From contig OX597818.1 of NCBI GenBank assembly GCA_951406725.2, positions 39,308,001 through 39,372,000 on the forward strand: a stretch of DNA of 64,000 bases, in the 5' to 3' direction. A program made the position numbers and the translations under genes. The stretch is from Octopus vulgaris. Its lineage: Eukaryota. Positions 42,651 through 53,500 of this stretch are shown here, piece after piece. Each line of letters starts with the position of its first letter. Within the stretch, counting starts at the first letter, position 1. Under the pieces are notes generated by a model, which made no database searches, was not told where the DNA came from, and saw nothing but the letters and a program-made list of their open reading frames with translations.

Positions 42651-45600
42651 TGTGTGTATGTGTATACAAATACATGTATTTTTAATGCACTTCATTATCC
42701 TCTTTTCAATTTTCTAGTTCAATGTCAAGGCCAGTGATGGTTCCCACAGATATTCAGAAGCAAGAGTTATTGTAACTGTGAAGCATAATTTATATCCTCC
42801 AGTATTCGGTCAGAAATTTTATGTAGTAAATGTTAAAGAATACACACCATTAGATACTACCATTTTCCAAGTAACAGCTACAGACCAAGATTTACAAGCA
42901 GGAAGCTCTTCGGTAAATAATATTCTTTCATCTTGAGAAATACTTTTAATCAAAGTCTTGCAGATGGAAACATCATCACCATCATCATCATCATTGTTTA
43001 ACGTCCGTTTTCCATGCTAGCATGGGTTGGACGACTTTGACTGAGGGCTGGCAACCAGATGGCTGCACCAGGCTCCAGTCTTGATCTGGCAGAGTTTCTA
43101 TAGTTGGATGCCCTTCCTAACGCCAACCACTCTGAGAGTATAGTTGATGCTTTTTACGTGCTGCCGGCATGGGGGCCAGTCAGGCGGTACTGGCAATGAC
43201 CTCTTTTTAAAATTAGTTTCAAATTTCAGCGGCAGGGGTAAGTCGATTACATCGACCCCAGTACTTAACTGGTAATTATTCTATCAATCCCATAAAGATG
43301 AAAGGCAGCATTTGAACTCAGAGCATGGAGATGGATGAGATGCCATTAAACAGTTTGCCTAGTACCCTTTCATTACACTCCATTTATTTTGAGATGCTCT
43401 GTGTTTCTTTCGATTACTTTAAATATAACAAAGAATTTAACAAAATAACTTAGTTATCATTCAGCTAGTGTTAGGAACATAAATTGTGACTAAGGTTTGG
43501 TGGAAGATTTTAATTCAAAACTTATTAAAACAAGACATACTCAGATCCAGAGCTGGTTTCAGCCGGGTTGGTAACGAAAGGGTTAATGGTTCTGCCAAAT
43601 TGTTACCCTAAACATCTCTTGAACCTTTTAACATATAAACTGGTCATATCCGGCCGAAATATTTTGCCTGTTTTATGTTGAGAGTGGCCAGATCCAGCCT
43701 CTCACACTTACCCTACAGTCTTAATCTACAAATAAACAATCACATCCTCAAAATCTCAAAGCTTCAAGATAATACATGATTAATTTTTTTTTTAATGTGA
43801 ATAGATAAGCATCACATTTGACTGAATAATCTGTATACTACTGAACTCAGTATAGTTAGAAAATGTTAGTTTTAAATGGATGACTGCAATGGCAGGATTT
43901 CAAACCTTGCTCACAATAAAGGCTAGTTTAAACAGTAAAATATAACGACTAGAATTTGATGAATCAAAACATTGTTAATGAAGAAAATTGGGGTGAGCAA
44001 TCAAAACATTGTTGTTAATAAAAAATTTTTTATGTTTTTGTTTTTAATTTTTTAGCAATGATTTTTTTAACATTTCTGCTCTAATCCAAGAAAAGAAGAT
44101 AACAAAATAATGACACATAAACACTTTTAAGTAGTTAAGCTTCAAAAATGCATTTATCTTGAAACTGAAGTTCTCATAAAAAGCATTGTGGAGAAAGAAC
44201 TCAAAAAGTGTTCTTCAATTATTGCACATTAATAGTGACCTAGAAATTATAAATACAATATAACAAAATTATATATTTTGTCTTTGGATTTGGTTTGCAA
44301 GATTCTTTATGTGAGTTTGTGCGTTGAAGCATATTCTGTTGAGTCTGAAGAGAGTCATTTTCTGTTTTTTGCCTTATAATTTAACCTTTTCAATAATCTT
44401 GAAAGACTATTGAAAAGGCTGCAAGACGCAACGAAAATTTTAGGAAAATAAAAATAAGAAATAAGTGGAAATTTTACCGATGAGTGAGTTAAATTATAAG
44501 GCACAAAAAGAAAATGACTCTCCCCAGACACAACAAAATTATATATATTTATAAGCATGTATATTGTCTTGATGGTCTCACCCCTGTTTTGCCTTCCATC
44601 CTCTTCTGATTTCTTTGATATTTGAAATTATAAGTCTTTAGTTGAATTAAGAAATTTTCTTTTCATTGTTCAGAATTTATGTAGCACCCCCAGAGTTTGG
44701 CACTGCAGATGATTGTTCACCACATCTAGTTTTATTGTACAGAACAACTTAATTTTACATATGTCTATGTTTGAATAAAAAACCTTACATTATAACTTTA
44801 CGTGAGAATCTGATCATCATCATCATCGTCATCATCATTTAACATTTGTTTTCTATGTTGGCATGGGTTCGATGGTTTGATAGGAGCTGGAAAGTCAGAA
44901 GACTGCACCAAACTTTACTGTCTACTTTGGCATAGTTTCTATGGCTGGGTGTCCTTCCTAACACAAACCACTGTACAGAATGTTGTTAGGTCATATTCCA
45001 AACACCAGCCTAAATACACTCATTAATGAATGATTGGTACCTCTATGTGGTGATGCTACTTTCTAGAAATAGCAGTCAAGTTTCTGTCAAACTACACCTT
45101 GCTATCTTGGAAAAGGAACACCCATTGGATAATGAGACCCAGTGTACACTATTTTTGCCTAAACAAATAGGAATAACATGACTGCAATAAGTTTCCTTAA
45201 TTAAGGCTAACCTGGAGCAAAACAACATCTAACTAAGGAAAAAAAAGATAGTTTAATAAATTTCTATTACTTCCTAACACCTAATTACTTTCAAGATTAA
45301 TTCCAATATGAAGGCTTTCCATTAGAGATATGGCCTTCATATTGCGATTAATGTGTTCACAAATGCTTTCATTGCAACTGTCAGAAAATGGTTATTATAG
45401 CTATACATACACTTACTAGATTACAATTACCTACATTCACTTACTAAATATAAACATTGTAAAATTGTATTGGTATGTGATTTAAGTAACTTACTTTATT
45501 CTTTCTACAGGCAAATGCATTAAATTACCGCATCTCTCCATCCTCTAATTATTTCTCCATTGGTAATTTGGGAAATATTTATGTTAGAGAATCACTTGCA

Positions 45601-48499
45601 ACAAGTTTCATTGGTAATCAAGTAAACGTAAGTTTTCTATAGATTTCTGTTTGTTTGTTTTACTTTCTCTCCTAAAATATTTTACAATATTCAAGCATTA
45701 TCTCAGATATTAACCAAATTTTTTTTTGTTCTCATCATTGTTATTACTATTATAAAAAAACTGTGTATTTGGATTTACTTGTGTCTCATGCATAGTAATG
45801 AAAACTAACAATTCTTTACAGAGCATCATATAACTTTGGTTATGCTTTCTATGTCAAAAACAGACTTATTTTATTCTACACCAGAAAATTAGTAAACCAT
45901 TAATTCTAATGACTGGTCATATTTTCAACGAATATGAAGAATTAATCTCCAAGTTTTAGAACTCTTTAATCAATGGCCTTATTTTTTTATTTCTTTTCTT
46001 TTATATTCCAGTTAACTGTGATAGCTACTGACCAGTCCCCTCAACCAATGTCTGGTTCTACCCTTGTTATTGTCAACATTGAACGAAATAGCTATCCACC
46101 AGTTTTGCAACCCACCAGTGCCAGTGAATCAATAATGACTACTGCCCTTCGAAGCAGGACCATTTTGCAGTTACAAGTTAGTGATCAAGACAGGTCTTTA
46201 AATGTAAGTAAGCCATTTAAATTTTGTTCTTACTCTTTACTCTTTTACTTGTTTCAGTCATTTGACTGCGGCCATGCTGGAGCACCGCCTTTAATCGAGC
46301 AACTCGACTCCAGGACTTAATCTTTGTAAGCCCAATACTTATTCTATCGGTCTCTTTGCCGAACCGCTAAGTGATGGGGACATAAACACACCAGCATCAG
46401 CTGTCAAGCAATGTTGGGGGGACAAACACACACATATAAATATATACATATATTCGACGGGCTTCTTTCAGTTTCCATCTACCAAATCCACTCGCAAGGC
46501 TTTGGTCGGCCTGAGGCTATAGTAAAAGACACTTGCCCAAGGTGCCACGCAGTGGGACTGAACCCGGAACCATGTGGTTGGTAAACAAACTACTTACCAC
46601 ACAGCCACTCCTCCTCTTGTTCAGTTTTAGAATTTTTTTTGCTTTGAACCAGCTGCATTTGGTTTTCTGTCTTGCTGAAATGATGCTACTCAAAAGATTA
46701 ATTAAAAGGTGCCATTATAAAATAGAACAATTTGAAAATATCCTAGAAGTTTTCAACAGAAAAAAAATATTTAAAAAAAAACAGATTTTATTATGCAAAA
46801 AACAAAAAGTTAAGTAAATACGGCATTGGATTACCTTCTCTTCATGGATGAGTTCAAAATGTGTTGCAAGCATTTTGTTCTGTTTTTGAGTCTCAGACTT
46901 GACCCTAAATTTTACCTGTTCACCTAGCTATTGAAAATATACCCCAGAATTTCAAAGAAACTGTCAAAAGAGTTGATGACTCTCAAAACATGTCTTTTAT
47001 CTTAAGTCCAAAGGATGGGGTGGGGGGGTTCTACGCATCTTTGCTCAACATCATATGTGTAGCAACTTGAATCTCCCTCGAATTGTGCCTTGCCATCTTA
47101 GAAGAAGAAAGTAACACTGGATGGCTTTGCACTGTACTTATCATCATCATCATCGTTTAACGTCCGCTTTCCATGCTAGCATGGGTTGGATGGTTCAACT
47201 GGGGTCTGGGAAGCCCGAAGGCTGCACCAGGCCACTCAGATCTGGCAGTGTTTCTACAGCTGGAAGACCTTCCTAACACCAACCACTCCGTGAGTGTAGT
47301 GGGTGCTTTTTATGTGCCAACGACTCAGGTGCCAGACGAGGCTGGCGAACAGCTACGATCGGATGGTGTTTGTTACGTGCCACCAGCACGGAGGCCAGTC
47401 GATGTGGTACTGGCTACGGCCACGTTCAGATGGTTTTCTTATGTGCCACCGGCTCTGGTACCACAAAACTACAAATTCCATCGATGTTGATCGATTTTGA
47501 TTTGATTCTTTGATTTTGATTTTGTACTTAATAAATGAAAAATGAGATGGTTACAACTGGAACATCTTTCATCATTATTCGGTTCTGAATGAGATGAACC
47601 GATCTGGGGTTAAACAGCAGCAACATTTCTTTTATTAGGAAAGGCAACATTTGATAAAAGCTTCATTAATATTTGTTATGAGTCTAATTGCCAAAATCTC
47701 TAAAATATTATTAATGAAAATTGATTTTAATTAGAATTTGTTGTTTGACTTTGACTATTTTAACCAATTTTTAAAATACTTTTTCTAAATCAAAACTTAA
47801 ATATGTTAGAACTTTAAGTATAAAGCCATTTTTTCTTAATTTCAGAATCCAAATGGAGAAGTTATACTGACAATACCTGATATTTATGTTGATGCCAAAA
47901 GATATTTTGCTGTTACAAATCAAGGGGTTATATACTTAGCAAATACTCTATCAGGTACAAGCAGCAAGGTGTACAATGTAAGTCAACACTAAATTAATAA
48001 TTTTTTCTTGAATATCTTGATGTGAGTGCATTATGATCAGATTGTTTAATTTTTTACCAGATAGTTTACTTTAGTGGTACACTTCATCCAGATGTAACAC
48101 TCCACCACTTAGCACTTTAGGCATCTTTAACAGAATTCACGCTGCTGCAAGTTTTTGAGCCAGATCTCGAGCAGCACTGTATTTTCTTTTCTCCTTTCCA
48201 CCAGTCTCAAAGACTCAGTAAATGGTCATGAGCACTACCTTCCCATCTGATTATAAGAGAAAAACAAAATCCAGTCATAGTACAGAAGAAAAGAAACCAT
48301 TCAAGTTTTAAGTTGCTACATGCTCTTTGATGCATGGGCTAATGACTTGCTATTTTATTATTTTGCCTCTTGAATAAATCACTACATTATCCTCTGCCTC
48401 TCATAGTCTGCTAGTTACATTAAAAGTTTTCTTACATCCTCTCTCATTAATTAGCCACATTTCATGAAGTGTGCTAAAGACTCTGCCAGTTAGGCACAT

Positions 48500-48597
<98 letters not shown>

Positions 48598-49155
48598 GTA
48601 GTAGCCCTGACGCAGTACCAGGCAGTGGCTCTCGTGGCTGCTGATCTTACCTGATTGGAAGTGTTATCATGTACATTGTTTTTGTCTTGGTATAAAAGAT
48701 GGGCTACAGCAAATATTCTGCTCAATACCACAGATTTGCTTGTCAGTTGTTTGACCTTAACCAGTTGACCATGTCCCTTAGTGGCTGACGATATGTGCAT
48801 CTCTGATCACGAGCAGTAGTGGGGGAGCATCACAAACATGAGTTGAGAGGGATTCTTTGGGGTTTTAATAATTCACCTCTGGAAACATGGGTGTTTCATT
48901 CTACATCCTTAAACAACTCTTATTTAGGGACCTTTTGTGCAGGATGGGTTACTTGACCAGAAGAAAATTCTAACTGGGCCCTACCTGCAAGGTCATGTGC
49001 TGTTTATCTTGATATGCAATCACCATGTTGTGTACATATTGTTGTGACGCATGTGCCTGGTGTACCCTTGTCAGACGGGTAGTCATGATGGGTATACTAG
49101 GCTTCATATATTTTACCTCAGTGTCATTTTGATGGCAAGCACTACTCTCTCACTC

Positions 49156-49197
<42 letters not shown>

Positions 49198-49442
49198 TTC
49201 TGGTAATTAGATCATTGGGAGCAGTTTCCAAGAGCTTTGAAAAACATATTAAGAATATTGGAGCTGCTATCAGGCTTGAAGTGATCCAGAAGACAACATT
49301 GTTGGGTACAGCTCGCATTCTAAGGAGAGTATTGTTCCTTTGAGTCACAGGAGAAGGCACTACTTGAAACCTTTGGTTATTTGTTATTGCCTGCTTTCAA
49401 GTAAAGAACACCGGAAATCAAGAACTATCTCAGAGTCTCTCA

Positions 49443-49477
<35 letters not shown>

Positions 49478-50048
49478 GCCCTGATGCAGTACCAGACAGT
49501 GGCTCTCAGAAAGCAAACAATGCTGGATCATAGATATAGCATGCCCAGCTGACAACAAGGTATGTGATAAGGAAGAAAGAAAAGTCGATAGGTATGACAG
49601 GTTAGCTTGGGAGGTTAAGCAGTTGTGGTCGATGAAAAAGGTAGTAGTAGTACCAATAATTAATGGAGCCCTGGGAAGAGTGAGTAAAAATCTTGAGAAG
49701 TACATGGAACAAACAGAGGCTGCAATAAGGGTGGAGCACTTGCAGAAAATAGCACAGCTTGGAACTGCTCAAATACTCTGGATGCTTGAAAAATAAGGGG
49801 TGTTGCCTTAGTTCACTGATAATGAACAGCTTGCATCATAGTACATCTCCAGCGTTAGAAGCTGTGCAAAGACAATAAATGATAATAATAATAATAACAA
49901 TAATCATAATCCTTTCTGCTAAAGGTACAAGGCCTGCAATTTTGGGCGAGGGAACTAGTCAATTACATTGACCACAGTTTTTCACTGGTACTAAATTTAT
50001 CGATCCCAAAAGGATGAAAGGCAAAGTTGACCTTGGCAGAATTTGAAC

Positions 50049-50090
<42 letters not shown>

Positions 50091-50185
50091 GTGTACCTTA
50101 TGAGACAGGTAGTCATGATGGGTATACTGGGCTTCGTATATTTTATCCCAGTGTCACTTTGATGGCATGCACTACTATCTCATTC

Positions 50186-50226
<41 letters not shown>

Positions 50227-50471
50227 TAAAATTCTTGTGGCCAAAATAATGCAAGACTAAACTAATACCTTAAAGTGTTTAGTTTTTACCATTTTATGTT
50301 CAGGGTGAAAATCCCACAAGAGTTAACTTACCTTTTCCTTCTCTTGTATCAATGAAATATGTTCCAGTTATGAATTAGAACTCTTTAATCATTCATGACA
50401 CTTACCTTACTAATTTATAGTATTGTTCTAAGGTAAAAACTTATATCATGTGTTTACATTTGTATCTGTGT

Positions 50472-50525
<54 letters not shown>

Positions 50526-53500
50526 ATGTGTTTAGTATGTGTGTCCCATGTGCATGTACATTGAAGAAAATGATGTCAATTATTATCTTTCTTCATCAAG
50601 TCATTTCAACTAGTTAAATATATTTAAAGGTTAAAAGTTATTTCAATTATCATCTTTCTTCAACAAGTTATTTAATTATTTAAATGCATCTGATCTTTTC
50701 AGTTCAAGGTAATTGCTAAAGACAGCGGCTGGAATCCAAAAACAGCAGAAGCAAGCATTTCCATAAATGTCACCCAAGCGATATTACCTGGCCGGCAACT
50801 GGGTTTTGTACAGCCAACCTATTTGTAAGTTGTCTATGTTGTCAGCACTTTTCAACTTTGAATATGTAATTTTTATGAACTTTATACAATACTTTCTACT
50901 GTAATTATCAATACTGTAATTATCAATACTGTAATTTTAAATACAATATTGGATTATCAGAAAGCATTGATCTATACGGGTCTTTTCAGTTTTTATCAAT
51001 TTCAGTATGAGATGTTTTACTTTTCCATACATACTCTTGTAGTAGAATTGAACTAATCAGTCTTGGTTAATATTCTTATGCTCTACCATAAAATCACAGT
51101 ACTTACAACATCATCATCATCATCATCATCGTTTAACGTCCGCTTTCCATGCTAGCATGGGTTGGACGATTTGATTGAGGACTGGCAAACCAGATGGCTG
51201 CACCAGGCTTCAATCTTGATCTGGCAGAGTTTCTACAGCTGGATGCCCTTCCTAATGCCAGCCACTCTGAGAGTGTAGTGGGTGCTTTTACGGGGCCAGT
51301 CAGGCGGTACTGGCAACGACCTCACTCGAATCTTTTACATGTGCCACCGGCACAGGTACCCGTAAGGCAATGCTGGTAACGATCATGCTCGAATGGTGTC
51401 TTTTACATGCCACCGGCACGGAGGCCAGATAGCCGCTCTGGCAACGATCATGCTTGGATGGTATTCTTAATACCCTACTAGCACAGAGCTCGAGTGCCAG
51501 TAAGGTGACACTAGTAACAATCACACTCGAATGGTGCCTTTTAAGTGCCACTGGCACGGAAGCTGGTTAGCCGCTCTGTCAATGATCACACTCGCATGGT
51601 GCTCTTTGCACCCCACTAACACGGACGCCAGTCATTGAATTTGATTTTTGATGAGATTCACTCCAATAAAGACACAAAATATTCTACATAAATCTATTCT
51701 TGGGGTAAGAAATTAGTCATAACATAACTGGAGACCTACACTTATTAACATGTGTGAGCTTGAGGTAAAACATAATTCTACTCTAACACTGCATTATGAC
51801 ATGTGTATTACTGGTAAAATATTATAAAAGCAGAACAACGGTGAGGAGTAACTCTCCACTTTATCAGACTGACCATGGGCTTGCACCTAGAAAATTCTCC
51901 TCTGAGGTACAAGTCAGGGCAAGGTTGTTTATGGAAGACCAACAGTCACTCATGCATAACAGCCTCCCCTCTCTCTCCATGCTGCTGATGTTATCCAAGG
52001 GAAGGGCAAAGGCCAATACAGCTTGGTATTAGTGACATCGCAACTTGTTTTACAAATGAGTGAGCTGGAGCAACATGAAATAAAGTATCTTGCTCAAGAA
52101 CACAACACATGGCTTGGTCCAGGAATCAAACTCACTACTTCATGATTGTGAGCCTGACACTCTAACCACTGAACCATGCAGCTTCGAGGAAAACATGTCT
52201 AACTTATAAAAGAATTGAAGACGTATTGAACTAAAGAATTCCTTAATTTGCCATAGTTTTTGCAGAAGAATTTGTGTAAGTGAAGTTAGATAAATCCTAA
52301 AAAGGAGAACTGAAGGTCATTAAATCTGAGAGGAAAAGAAATATGAAAGTTCGATGCAGTAGAACATTTATGGTACAATAAGGCAAACGATTTGCTATTT
52401 ACAACATAAGGTTTTCATAACTGGAGTGGCTGAAGCCCTGTAGGAACTTGTAAAAAAAATCAAGGCGTTAGCTCCTATAGCAATGAGAAATTAACAAAAC
52501 CATTGTAGTCATAAGTTCATGTTAATGAAATAAATTTATAAGCCATTATAATTGACACGTCGTCATCGTTTAACGTCCATTCTCCATGCTAGCATGGGTT
52601 GGATGGTTCGACCGGGATCTGGGAAGCCAGAAGGCTGCACCAGGCTCCAGTCTGATCTGGCAGTGTTTCTACAGCTGGATGCCCTGCCTAATGCCAACCA
52701 CTCCGTGAGTGTAGTGGGTGCATTTTACGTGCCACCGGTACAGGTGCCAGGCGAGGCTGGCAACGGGGCAAGGCTGGCAACGGGGCGAGGCTTGCAACGG
52801 GGGGAGGCTTGCAATGGGGGGAGGCTTGCAACGGAGCAAGGCTGGCAATGGGGCAAGGATGGCAATGGGGCGAGGCTTGCAACGGGGCGAGGCTGGCAAC
52901 GGGGCGAGGCTGGCAATGGGGCGAGGCTGGCAACAGGGTGAGATAGTTCATAAATTTATTTTATTTTTATATAAATTTAAGATGGCTACAACCATGCTGA
53001 GTTAATATTTTTGAGTCAATCATTTTTGACCTCTGTGCTTGCTATTAAGACTGGTACTTATTTAGTTGGTCACTTATTGCTGAGATTTGTGGATATAAAC
53101 AAATACCAGTTGTCAAGTGCTAAGAGAAAAAAACACAAAGATGTATGTGTGAATACACACTCACATGCATGCAAGTATGCATAGAAGATGGATTTCCATA
53201 CAATTTCCATCAGAGACACACACATCAGCAAAATTCATTCACAGATCGTTGGTAAATCTGAAGCTATAGTAAAAGACAATACTTTAAGGTGCTGCACATT
53301 GGAACTGAACTCAAAACCCTGTAAATGTTTAAAATATGCAAAAACACTGCAGTGAAATAGTCAAAAGTTAACACAATGAGAACTGTTTTAAAAAGATAAT
53401 TACAGTTATTAATTTATTAAGTTACTGCAATTCAGCAGAATATCACTCATCTTTCTTTATACTCTTTACTCTTTTACTTGTTTCAGTCATTTGACTGCGG

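Noticed and set aside
44418-44440. Possible fourth hammerhead core (ctgcaagacgcaacgaaa)
   Set aside because: The core box is irregular and stem II does not pair convincingly.
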